Assembly: GCF_020745735.1 (NCBI RefSeq)
Contig: NC_083447.1
Location: 8,760,035 to 8,824,034 of the forward strand
From: Hemiscyllium ocellatum
Taxonomy: Eukaryota
Direction: 5' to 3'
DNA: 64,000 nt
The position numbers were made by a program, and so were the translations under genes. Positions 35,534-47,600 of this stretch are shown here, piece by piece; position 1 is the first letter of the stretch; each line of letters begins with the position of its first letter. The notes under the pieces were generated by a model that was not told the origin of the DNA, did not search any database, and was given only the letters and a program-made list of their open reading frames with translations.

Positions 35534-37446
35534 AAACAAACCTTCCAGCTCAATGAGCTAGCTTACAGACTTATCATCAACCTGAGCTACAAATCTTCTC
35601 AAAAATCGCCATCTTAGACTTGAAGCACCAGGACACATAAGACCATGGGGCAAAAGCTGGACAATGGGATTAGAATAGTTTGACATCTGGCATAGAGCCA
35701 ATGGGCTGAAGGGTCTTTTATTTTTTTCTGTGGCTGCAAAAACTCCATAAGTTCAGGGGTAGCCTCTAGATCAGAGCAGACAAATGCCATCCCACGGACC
35801 CACAGCGCAAGCTAATATTCTGTTTCCAATGAAGTATTCAAAAAAAACATAGGTGTGAGCCCTTTAAGGTTTCTGGTCTGGTCGAACTGGCAAGCAGTTC
35901 AGATAAAGGTTAAATTGTATACAGTGGTGACTTAGACAAGGTCAGTTAGAAAGTTTGCAGACAGAGTGTCTCCACATTGCTTTGTCCCTGGAGAGGATTC
36001 TTATACATTGTTTCTTTGCATTCATACACCGCACGGTTTTGTTTTCAAAACGCCTTTTCCCTTTCAGTTTTGCACCAGCTATCTTTCAATTTTCCAACAA
36101 TTTAATTGATCACAGCAAGACTTTGGTGAGTTACAGAGATCACTTGATCTTCTTAAAATAAAAACAATTTCTGTTCAGGCGCGGCAGAGTTGGAATTTGA
36201 CAGAGCAATGTTGCAAAGTAAAAGGTCTGGAGAACTTCTAATAAGTTTGATTGGACTTGAAGCATTTAACTCTGCCTCTCTCTGGACAGATGCTGCCAGA
36301 TTTGCTGAGTTTTGATTTGATTTAGATCTGATTTATTACTGTCATGTGTGCAGTGAAAAGTGATGCACAGAATAGGGTTGACAGAATCATTTTTTTTCTC
36401 TCCAAAAGTTGAAATATCTAAAACTAGGTACGCATTTATGGGCGAGAGGGAGAAAGTTCAAAGGAAATGTGAGAGGCAAGTTTTTTTTCTCTCAGAGAGT
36501 GGTAGGAGTCTGGAACGCAGTGGCAGGGGTGGTGGGAGCGTTTAGGAGAGTTTTAGATACAACACATGAATATGTAAGAGATGGAGGGATATGGACCAAG
36601 GCGGAAGAGATTAATTTAATTGGCATCATGTTCAGCAAAGCATTGATGGGCCTGTTTCTGTGCTGTACTGTTATGTTAATTTCTCCAGCATTTTAGTATT
36701 TTATTTATAAATATGAGTAATGGGTCTGGGTGGGTTAGTCTTCAGAGGTTCAGTGTGAACCTGTTGGGCCGAAGGGCCTGTTTCCACACTGCAGGGATTT
36801 TTATCATCTCCAATTTTGGGAGTATTTTGTTTCTGCTTCAGTATTGGGGAACAGGAGACAGTGAGGACTGCAGATGCTGGAGATCAGAGTCGAGAGAGTG
36901 TTGCTGGAAAAGCACAGCAGGTCAGGCAGCATCCGAGGAGCAGGAGAGCCGACGTTTGAGGGGATAGCATTTTTGCAGGAGGTAGGGTGGGAGGAGGAGC
37001 TGATTCCTGATGAAGGGCACTGGCCTGAAATGTCGATTCTCCTGCTCCTCGGATGCTGCCTGACCTGTTGTGCTTTTTCAGCACCACACTCTCACCAGTG
37101 CAAATGGAGTCCATTGAGGTCATCGTGTCTGCACTAGCTCTCTGTTTAATTCAGTGCCAATTTTCCATCTTTTTCCCCCCATAAGCCTACACTTTGTTTC
37201 TCTGTTTACACAACCCCCCTGTGTCCCCTTTAATTAATGTCTGAACTGAACCAACACATTTTCAGGCAGTGCATTCCACACCCTAGCCACCCACTGAGTG
37301 GAAAAGTTTGTACCTCAACTTCCATATGATGCTTTTGCAAAACACTGCACCTTCCATTTACACAAGAACGTAAGGACTAGGAACAAGAGTAGGCCATTTG
37401 GCCCATCGAGCCTGTTCCCCCATTCAATAAGATCATGGCCTATTAA

Positions 37447-37789
37447 GGGGTGGCACGGTGGCACAGTAGGGGTGGCACGGTGGCACAGTGGTTAGCACTG
37501 CTGCCTCACAGCGCCAGGGACCTGGGTTCAATTCCCGCCTCAGGCGACTGACTGTGTGGAGTTTGCACGTTCTCCCCGTGTCTGCGTGGGTTTCCTCCGG
37601 GTGCTCCGGTTTCCTCCCACAGTCCAAAGATGTGCGGGTCAGGTGAATTGGCCGTGCTAAATTGCCTGTAGTGTTAGGTAAGGGGTATATGTAGGGGTAT
37701 GGGTGGGTTGTCGCTTCGGCGGGTCGGTGTGGACTTGTTGGGCCGAAGGGCCTGTTTCCACACTGTAAGTAATCTAATCTAATCTAATC
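37447..37789 (+). mobile_element. HE1-like SINE with duplicated 5' end
   Basis: GGGGTGGCACGGTGGCACAGT occurs twice in tandem, then a full body and (AATCT)n tail. Confidence 0.9.
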
Positions 37790-37890
37790 ACCCTCACCTT
37801 GACCTCCTTCCACCTATCACATCTCCATCACCCCTCCCGCAAGTCCCTCCTCCCTACCTTTTATCTTAGCCTGCCTGGCACCCTCTCCTC

Positions 37891-37926
37891 ATTCCTGATG
37901 AAGGGCTCTGGCCCGAAACGTCGAAT
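37891..37926 (+). ncRNA. Minimal type-I hammerhead ribozyme motif, PLE family A
   Basis: AUUC CUGAUGA A GGGC UCUG GCCC GAAA C GUC GAAU: intact catalytic boxes, 4-bp helix II, 4-bp helix I, helix III reduced to palindromic ACGU. Confidence 0.75.
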
Positions 37927-39249
37927 TTCCTGTTCCTTGGATGCTGCCTGACCTGCTGTGCTTTGACCAGCAACACATTTTCAGCTCTGATCTTTATCAT
38001 GGACTCAGCTCCACTTACCCACCCGCTCACCATCACCCTTAATCGCTTTACTGTTCAAAAATCTAGCTTCGTCTTAAAAACATTCAATGAGGAAGCCTCA
38101 GCTGCTTCACTGGGCAGGGAATTTCACAGATTCACAACCCTCTGGGGGAAGAAGTTTCCCCTCAGCTCAGTCCCAAATCTGCTGTCCCCTTATTTTGAGG
38201 CTATGCCCCTGGTCCTTGGTCTATCTACAAGTTTCTCTCCATCTATTCCATCCAGACCTCTCTGAATTTTGAAAACCTCGACAAAATCACCCCTCAGCCT
38301 TCTCATCTCCAAGAAAAACAGTCACAACTTCTTCAAATCTTTCCTCCTTACTGAAGCTCCCCATCCCTGGAACTGGGTGGCGCAGTGGGGTTAGCACTGC
38401 TGCCTCACAACGCCAGGGACCCAGGTTTGATTCCACCCTTGGGCGACTGGTCTGTGTGGGTTTCCTCCAGGTGCTCCGGTTTCCTCCCACAATCCAAAAG
38501 TGTGGAAGTGGATTAGCCAAGCTAAATTGCCGCATAGAGAGAGTCCAGGGGGTAAATGGGCAAATGCAGGGGTTAAGGGGGTAGGGTGGGATGCTCTTCA
38601 GAGGGTCAGTATGGGCTGAATGGCCTGCTTCCACACTGTAGGGATTCCATGACCAAAGGTTAGAATACAATGGACAATTTTACCTTCCAATTCCAAATGG
38701 TATCTTTCAAGAAAAAGGACCAAGATGGCAGTGGATATGAATCAAAATGGCTGCCGGGAGAGAGCTTGATCCTAGGAATCTCATGCCTGCAGGTGGGAAG
38801 GGAAATGGGTGGGCAGGCAGGTAAGGTGAAGCAAGTCAAAATAGACTGGATTTCTTGTGAGTAGCAAGATGAGAAGCTGGTGACCACCCCTCTCCCCCCA
38901 CCCCCCCACCCCCTCGGAGTTTATGTCACCAACTACATGCACATTTTGTGTTTTTCTCTCTCTCTCCGAAGAATACAATAACAGGGACTAAAATTTCAAC
39001 TGTACTGGAGTGTGCTAGTGGGATTGAACGTTCTCGTGTTTGCCAGCCTGGAGTCAAACATTAACATGCTGTGAAAGTCACCGAAGATCGATTGCCTTGT
39101 CACCCCTGTGTTGCAGGTATGGCAACTATCTCACTCTCTAGACGTCAGCCATCCAGAAGAAAACAGGACAACAAAGGACTGGAATTTAATCACGGATCAG
39201 AACTAAAGAATCCTAAATGATCTTCAAGACTGAGGATTGTGAAATCAAT

Positions 39250-39625
39250 TGTTCGAGGTTGACAAAATTATGAGGGGCATGGATAGGATAAATAGACAAA
39301 GTCTTTTCCCTGAGATCGGGGAGTCCAGAACTAGAGGACATAGGTTTAGGGTGAGAGGGGAAAGATATAAAAGAGACCTAAGGGGCAACTTTTTCATGCA
39401 GAGGGTGGTATGTGTATGGAATGAGCTGCCAGAGGATGTGGTGGAGGCTGGTACAATTGCAACATTTAGGAGGCATTTGGATGGGTAAATGAATAGGAAG
39501 GGTTTGGAGGGATATGGGCTGGGTACTGGCAGGTGGGACTAGATTGGGTTGGGATATCTGGTCGGCATGGACAGGTTGGACCGAAGGTCTGTTTCTATGT
39601 TGTACATCTCTATGACTCTATGACT
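39250..39625 (+). mobile_element. CR1 LINE 3' end
   Basis: KIMRGMDRI...WNELPEDVVEAG plus the TCTATGAC tail. Confidence 0.9.
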
Positions 39626-40306
39626 GCGTAGTTAACATTACCTTGAACCTCCAGTGCAATAGCCCCTTTTTAAACCTGGGTACACCTGGGCCAGAGAGAA
39701 AAGTTTCCACTAGGGAATGAATTTTTTGTTGACCTTGTTTTGAACAACTAAGGAACAATTAAATGAAAATGAGAACCTAGTTCATCCCTCCTCTCCTGGG
39801 GACTTAATGATTTGGGGTATCCTGTCTGGATCCACAAGGGCGACATGGTGGCTCAGTGGTTAGCACTGCTGCCTTTCAGCGCCAGGAACTTTGGTTCGAT
39901 TCCAGCCTCGGGCAACTGTCTGTGTGGAGTTTGCACGTTCTCCCCGTGTCTGCGTGAGTTTCCTCCAGGTGCTCTGGTTTCCTCCCACAGTCCAAAGATG
40001 TGCTGGTCAGGTAAATTGCCCATGCTAAATTGCCCATACTGTTAGGTGCAGTCATCAGAGGGAAGTGGGTCTGGGTGGGTTATTCTCCAGAGGGTCGGTG
40101 TAGACTTGTTGGGCCAAGGGGCCTGTTTCCACATTGCAGGGGAATCTAATATATAACAAATTGGGAACTTCGCCTGTGTAGAGCTGAACACAATATTCCC
40201 ATCAGCGTTTAACTAGAGTCCTGTACAAATTCAGCACGCTCCCCTTGCTCTCATAATATGTGCCTCTATTTATGAAGACCGAGAATATTGTGTGTAGCAG
40301 AACCTC

Positions 40307-40394
40307 TAGCACCAGATGGCGACAGTGAGGGAGGACACCAAACAGGGGAAGCTCAAGCAGTTGCGCCGGGATTGGCGCCAGCAGGTGGCGACAG
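40307..40394 (+). promoter_or_regulatory. Tandem CTCF-like sites
   Basis: TAGCACCAGATGGCGACAG (40307-40325) and CGCCAGCAGGTGGCGACAG (40376-40394), same orientation, CpGs retained. Confidence 0.65.
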
Positions 40395-41259
40395 TGGTGG
40401 GGGGGGGTGAAGTGGGCAGCTAGAATAGAGTGGACCGTCTTTGGATAGAAAGATTAACTTTGGAGGAAGGAGGGCCATTAGGAGGAGGAATCGTCAACTC
40501 AATGTAAGCCCCAGGTTTCATTCCATGTAAATATTTCCTGTTTAATAAGAAATAGGAACAGGAGTAGGCCATTCAGCCCTTTGAGTTTTTGCTGCCATTC
40601 AGTAGGATCATGGCTGATCTGACATTCCTCACGTCCACTTTCCTGCGCTTTTCCCATCATCCTTGATTCCCCGACTGATCAACAATCGATCTCAGGCATA
40701 AATATACACCAGGATTCTGCATCACTCTCACCCCACAGCAATCCTATATGGTGCAACAGAATTTTGATTTGTATTGTCACGTGTATTTTGCGTGAAAGGC
40801 TTTCATTTGGCACCACGAAACGGTGCCATTTGGAGTAGGTTGAGAGTAAGGAGAGAGGAGGGAGATGGACCTCTTGAAGAGAGTCCATTGGTCCTGAGGC
40901 AGCTCATCACCATCAAGGACCTCGGTGACACTAATACTGTGTCCATCTTTGTCTGAGCCCTGGGTCCACTGGGGGTCCGAGCCCTATGTCCACTGGGGGT
41001 CCGAGACATGGGTCGGGGTGTCAGCCCTAGTTCCACTCAGGGTCCGAGCTCTGGACTCTCACCGCTGCCAACAGTATCCAAGCGTGGGAGACGGTAAGGA
41101 AAAATAGGAAAAGAGATGGAATAAAAACTAACAGCAGTCGGAGCGGATGAGCGCCAGTGAAGGAGTCCTACTCCACCGCCACCTCGGACTGGAAGCTGTA
41201 AATATATGGCTTACTGTAGAATAGATGGCTGGCTGCAAGTGTGGGTGTCCTTGGCGTTC

Positions 41260-41460
41260 AGAGGTCACGTGATACTCCGTTGCGCGCCCCGGAAGAGGGC
41301 GAGGAGGTCACGTGGTGTTCCATTTCACGGGCAAAACAAGGTCATGTGGGGTCGGACATCCGGGCACGCGAGGAGGTGGAGAATGGAGTCAGATCAACAG
41401 CCAATCAGAAGATAATCCCACCTCAGTGATTGCATGACGTTTTTTTATTGTATAAAAGAC
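41260..41460. promoter_or_regulatory. Orphan CpG-rich promoter-like element
   Basis: GGTCACGTGA 41263, GGTCACGTGG 41306, GGTCATGTGG 41340, CCGGAAG 41289, CCAAT 41401, TGACGT 41435, TATAAAA 41451. Confidence 0.6.
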
Positions 41461-42543
41461 TGGGTCAGGGGCAGGAATACGTCTTTTCTTTTTGAACTGA
41501 CACATTTTGTAGTTTAGGGTAAAAAATGAGGTCTGCAGATGCTGGAGATCACAGCTGAAAATGTGTTGCTGGTTAAAGCACAGCAGGTTAGGCAGCATCC
41601 AAGGAATAGGAAATTCGACGTTTCAGGCATGTAGTTTGTCAGGGACAGAAAGGGTTGGACCCAGAGCTCTGTATACTTTATCCACTTACTGCTAAAATAA
41701 AACTAAGAGTGTGAGATTGAATATCTTCTCCTATTACTTCATTTAAAGAACACGCAGGACTGGGCTCACACACAGAGGAAAGTAATTTGGTAGATTGAGC
41801 CAAAGTCCAACAAAGCCCAAAATCTCCCCTCATCGTCTCAAACTTCAGTTCCACACTGTAGAGCCTTTGCTCACGAGACAACCCCTCCATAGCGGGGACC
41901 CACATTTATAATGATAATCCTTTTGCACAGATAGACAGTCTGTTTTGGTGATAAATACTGACACTCGCCTATTCTTCCTCAAAATAATGCCACGAAAGAC
42001 TCTTAATTCCACCCAAGAGAGCGGATAACCTCAGGGTCATACCTCATCTGAAAGATGGCACTCACGTTAGGTTTGCTAACTCCTCAGAATTCATAGAATC
42101 CCTACGTTGTGGGAAAAGGGCCATTTGGCCCATTGAGTCTGCACCAACCCCACATTCTCCATGGATAACCCAACTAGCCTGCACGCCATGTGCAATTTAG
42201 CATGGCCAATCCACCTAACCTACACACCTTTGGACTGTGGGAGGAAACAGTTCTGCTGACACAGGGAGAACTCCACACAGACAGTCAGCCAAGGCTAGAA
42301 TTGAACCTGGGTCCCTAGCACTGGGAGGCAGCGGTGCTAACCACTGTGCTGCCCAATTGACCTGAAGTTTCCAGGAGTTGAAGATCAATCTCCAGACCGC
42401 AGCCAGCGTGTATCCTTGGAGTAACAGGGACTATAATAGTGTTGTGGAGAAAATATAGGGAACCACCAGGAGACTCAGAGAGTTCATCAAGAAGCAGGTG
42501 TTTTATTTGCCAACAAAAAACCGTGACACTGAGAAAGCAGGTT

Positions 42544-42857
42544 TTAGATTAGATTACTTACAGTGTGGAAACAGGCCCTTCGGCCCAACAAGTCCACACC
42601 GACCCGCCGAAGCGCAACCCACCCATACCCCTACATATACCCCTTACCTAACACTACGGGCAATTTAGCATGGCCAATTCACCTGACCCCGCACATCTTT
42701 GTGACTGTGGGAGGAAACCGGAGCACCCGGAGGAAACCCACGCAGACACGGGGAGAACGTGCAAACTCCACACAGTCAGTCGCCTGAGTCGGGAATTGAA
42801 CCCGGGTCTCAGGCGCTGTGAGGCAGCAGTGCTAACCACTGTGCCACCGTGCCGCCC
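42544..42857 (-). mobile_element. HE1-like SINE, full length
   Basis: Same family consensus. Confidence 0.9.
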
Positions 42858-43251
42858 AAAATGCCCCCGAACCTCAGGGTCTGTGGATTTTTATATTTTT
42901 TTTATCATGTTTCTGTTAGCTTATCAGCATGTCCAACTATATTAATCAAAGTACCTCACTCTAGCTACACAATAAACCAGTGATGTTAGTTCCCATTATC
43001 TCTTTAGTTGTACATTCTACTTAATGTTATTCTAATATCACAGTTAGATATTTATTGCTAATTCTGCGACAGTGATCTTTCCATTCCTGACTAACCTGTC
43101 ATGATAGATATTTAGCTATTCCACCTGTTACAACAGTCTCCTGTCTCAAGCTATTAAGTATTAATTAGATATTTTAATGTCATGTCCCAAATATTTATTG
43201 TCCCAATCCTGTCATAATAACATTTAACAGAGAAACTTGCTTTATTACTTA

Positions 43252-43645
43252 AGACCATAAGACATAGGAGTGGAAGTCAGGCCATTCGGCCCATCGAGTC
43301 CACTCCGCCATTCAATCATGGCTGATGGGCATTTCAACTCCACTTACCAGCGTTCTCCCCGTAGCCCTTAATTCCTGGTGACATCAAGAATTTATCAATC
43401 TCGGCCTTGAAGACATTTAGCGTCCCGGCCTCCACTGCTCTCCGTGGCAATGAATTCCACAGGCCCACCACCCTCTGGCTGAAGAAATGTCTCCGTATTT
43501 CTGTTCTGAATTGACCCCCTTTAATTCTAAGGCTATGTCCACGGGTCCTAGTCTCCTCGCCTAATGGAAACAATTTCCTAGCGTCCACCCTTTCCAAGCC
43601 ATGTATTATCTTGTACATCTCTATTAAGTCTCCCCTTAATCTTCT
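43252..43645 (-). mobile_element. CR1 LINE 3' end, second subfamily
   Basis: YKIIHGLERVDA...QRVVGLWNSLP plus the TCTTATGG tail. Confidence 0.9.
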
Positions 43646-44881
43646 GAACTTGTGTTATCTCATCTTGCCGTACCTTAACTTTACTCTGCTAATTACTGTA
43701 AGAAGGCTCCACCATGATTATCCTATCCTGCCTTCTACAGACCACAGTGGTCTTTATGCTTTAACCCTTCCTATGCTTTATTATTATTTTCCATAATAGA
43801 TAAACGATGTTTTTCTCTTTTACATTGCAAAAACAATTGGAAAAGGGGAGAGAAGAAGACAGTTTGGCTTAAGACTCAAGCACCGTCCAATAGCAGAATG
43901 AGCCTTGTTGCTTTCCAATTGGTGTAGAAAGTGGGTGTGTCACAAGGATGGACATGTTATCTGACCAATGGCTGGATTGCACAGATCAAGGCTGGGGGGA
44001 ACCTCCAAAAATACATTTAAAAGCTGACAAGCCTACCCCCAACAATGCAGCTTTGATTCTGTACCCCACTGGAGGATGAGTAGATTGTGTGGCTGGAGTA
44101 TGACTTGAATCCATAAGTTTTTGAAGCATTCATCTTATCAGTTAAGACACATCTGAAATGTCCAAGGACTTTACAGGGAAATAGGAACTTTTTTTTAAAG
44201 AAAGAAATTGATTGGCTGTGAACATTGAGTCGGCAAAAGTGAGGACTGCAGATGCTGGAGATCAGAGTCTAGATCAGAGTGGTGCTGGAAAAGCACAGCA
44301 GGTCAGGCAGCATCCGAGGAGCAGGAGAATCGATGTTTTGGGCTCAGGGCTTCTGGATGAAGGGCTGACCTGCTGTGCTTTTCCAACACCACTCTAATCT
44401 AGACTGTGAACATGAACTTTGGGATCTTCTGAGGTCATGAAAGGTGCTATGTAAATGCACCCCTTCGCTTTTTGTTATACTGGAATTGTAACTTCAACAG
44501 TTTATATACGAATTTCCACTATAAATGTGGAAATGAAAGTTAAAGTTGAAATGTGAAGGTGATAGATTTGTGATGTGGACTAAGTAGTCCACAACTGAAT
44601 CCAGCCAGTGTCAATAACAACAACAACTTGCATTCGTGTAGTGCCCTTCAACATAAAAAAAAGTTCCCAAGTCACTTCACAGGAACATTATAAAATTGAT
44701 TATGGCAGGGTATGAGGAAATATTCTTGTTTGACTATTAATCCAAAGACTTTGATAATGTGCTCTGGCCTGGGTTCTAATCTGCCATGGCAGATAGTGAA
44801 ATTTTAATTTATTTATTTTTTAATCTGGATTTAAGAGTCTAACGATGACCATGAAATCATTGTTGATTGTTGGACAAATCC

Positions 44882-45110
44882 TCGAGTAAAAAATGAGGTC
44901 TGCAGATGCTGGAGATCACAGCTGCAAATGTGTTGCTGGTCAAAGCACAGCAGGCCAGGCAGCATCTCAGGAACAGAGAATTCGACGTTTCGAGCATAAG
45001 CCCTTCATCAGGATTCCTGATGAAGGGCTTATGCTCGAAACGTCGAATTCTCTGTTCCTGAGATGCTGCCTGGCCTGCTGTGCTTTGACCAGCAACACAT
45101 TTGCAGCTGT
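44882..45110. mobile_element. Fold-back (palindromic) PLE terminal-repeat insertion
   Basis: Perfect 96-bp arms (44918-45013 and 45015-45110); 14-bp target duplication TGTTGGACAAATCC. Confidence 0.9.
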
Positions 45111-47104
45111 TGGACAAATCCATCTGGTTTATTAATGTCCTTCTGGTTAATTAGTGATGGGAAATAAATACCGCCCTGGTATTTGATAACAACATCCCAT
45201 AAATAAATAAAACCAAAACTAACATGCGCACCAATCTGATAGCATTGAACAAATTTGTGTGGAGTTTGCACATTCTCCGTGTCTGTGTGGGTTTCCTCCG
45301 GGTGCTCCGGTTTCCTCCCAGTGTCCAGGAATTTGCAGGTTAGGGTGGATTGGCCATGCTAAATTGTCCGTAGTGTCCAGGGATGTGCAGGTTAGGTGGG
45401 TAGCCATGGGAGATACACCTTCTCCACCAACCCAAAGCCAGCAGACACATGGGAACACCAGCTCTTGCAAGTTCCCTTCCAATTCATCCACCATCAGACT
45501 TGGAAATATGTTGGTGTTCCTCTACTGTTGCTGGGTCAAAATCCTGAAATACCCTTTCTGAATAAACATCATAGAATCCCTACAGTGTGAAAGCAGACCA
45601 TTTAGCCCATCAGGTCCACAACAACTCTGCAAACAGCATCCTGCCCAGACCCACCCAGTCCTGTATCTCCCATGGCTACCCACCTAGCCTGCACATCCCT
45701 GGACACTACGGACAATTTAGCATGGCCAATCCACCCTAACCTGCAACACACAGACACGGAGAATGTGCAAACTCCACACAGACAGTCACTCGAGGGTGGA
45801 ATTGGACCCAGGTCCCTGGCGCTGTGAGGCAGCAGTGCTAACCACTGAACCACCCCTCTTCCAGAGGAAGTGACGAGTGTAGGTACAGTTGTAACGTTTA
45901 AAAGACATTTGGATAAATTCATGAATAGGAAAGGTTTGGAGGGATATGGGCCAAGAACAGGCAGGTGGGACTAGTTTGGTTTGGGATTATGGGTCAGCAT
46001 GGGCTGGTTGGACCAAAGGGTCTGTTTCCCCTGTTGGCTGGACGATAAGGGCATTGTGGGTGCCATTACAGCACATGGACTGCAGGGGGCAGCGGAAGGC
46101 TGCTCACCACCACCTTCTCAAGAGACAAGACATAGAGTCACAGAGATGTACAGCATGGAAACAGACCCTCTGGTCCAACTTGTCCATGCCGACCAGATAT
46201 ACTAACCTAATCTTGTCCCATTTGCCAGCATTTGGCCCATATCCCTACAAACCCTTCCTATTCATACACCCATCCAGATGCCTTTTAAATGTTGCAATTG
46301 TACCAGCCTCCACCACTTCCTCTGGCAGCTCATTCCATACACGGTCCGCCCTCTGTGTGAAAAAGTCACCTCTTAAGCCCCTTTTAAATTTTTCCCCTCT
46401 CACCCTATGCCCTCTAGTTCTGGACTCCCCCACCCCAGGGAAAAGACCTTGTCTATTTGCCCTATCCATTCCCCTCATGAGTTTGTAAGCCTCTATAAGG
46501 GTGGTATGGTGGCACAGTGGTTAGCACTGCTGCCTCACAGCACCAGGGACCCAGGTTCAATTCCAGCCTCAGGTGACTGTCTGTGGAATTTGCATATTCT
46601 CCTCATGTCTGTATGGGTTTCCTCCCACAGTCCAAAGATGTGCAGGTGAATTGGCCATGCTAAATTAGTCAGAGGGAAATGGGTTTGGGTGGGTTACTCT
46701 TCAGAGGGTTGGTGTGGACTGGTTGGGCCAAAGGGCCTGTTTCCACACTGTAGGGAATCTAATAAGGTCGCCCCTCAGCCTCTCCCTGTAGCTCAAACCC
46801 TCCCATCCCAGCAACATCCTTGTAAATCTTTTGGGAACCCAATAAACAAACAGAATTTTTTAAAAGGTGAGCCATTTCCTTCAAATTTCTGCTAAATATC
46901 ATATGACAGAGAGTGTACGAATCTCTTTTCCCTTCAGTGGGGACTGGAAACTCTATTTTCATTCAAACCTCATTAGTTTAATCAGCAGAGGTTAAAGAAA
47001 CTGCTTAGTTTATTAGGAAGAGTTTATGTTGATCTCACCAAATCCCTGAGGAGAAATAAAAAATGAATGCACTAACCATGGAAACACAGCAATGTAGTGT
47101 ATGT

Positions 47105-47600
47105 CAGGTAAAGACAGGATAGATCGAGTGAATCCTTAGAAGAGTATAAAGGCCTTAGGAGCATGCTCAAGGGAAATCAGGAGGGCAAAAAGGGGACATG
47201 AGATAGCTTTGGCAAATAGAGTTAAGGAGAATCCAAAGGGTTTTTACAAATACATTAAGGACCAAAAGCTAACTAGGGAGCAAATAGGGCCCCTCAAAGA
47301 TCAGCAAGGCGGCCTTTGTGTGGAGCCGCAGGAGATGGGAGAGATACTAAATGAGTATTTTGCATCAGTATTTACTGTGGAAAAGGATATGGAAGATATA
47401 GACTGTAAGGAAATAGATGGTGACATCTTGAAAAATGTCCATATTACAGAGAAGGAAGTGCTGGATGTCTCGAAACGCATTAAGGTGGATAAATCCATGG
47501 GCCAGTTGCTGGCAGGTGGGACTAGATCGGGTTGGGATATCTGGTCAGCATGGACGGGTTAGACCGAAGGGTCTGTTTCCGTGCTGTACATCTCTATGAC
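47105..47600 (+). mobile_element. CR1 LINE fragment with a large internal deletion
   Basis: ANRVKENPKGFYKYIK...EILNEYFASVFT joined directly to the 3'UTR. Confidence 0.85.

Noticed and set aside
37447-37545. tRNA gene-like heads with A/B boxes
   Set aside because: They are SINE heads continuing into V-domain bodies, not standalone tRNAs.
42440-43800. AT-rich block possibly an LTR
   Set aside because: No convincing termini or TSD could be established by eye.
44882-45110. MITE or pre-miRNA interpretation of the palindromes
   Set aside because: Variable arm ends and TSD lengths, and identity with PLE 3' terminal repeats, point to retrotransposition.
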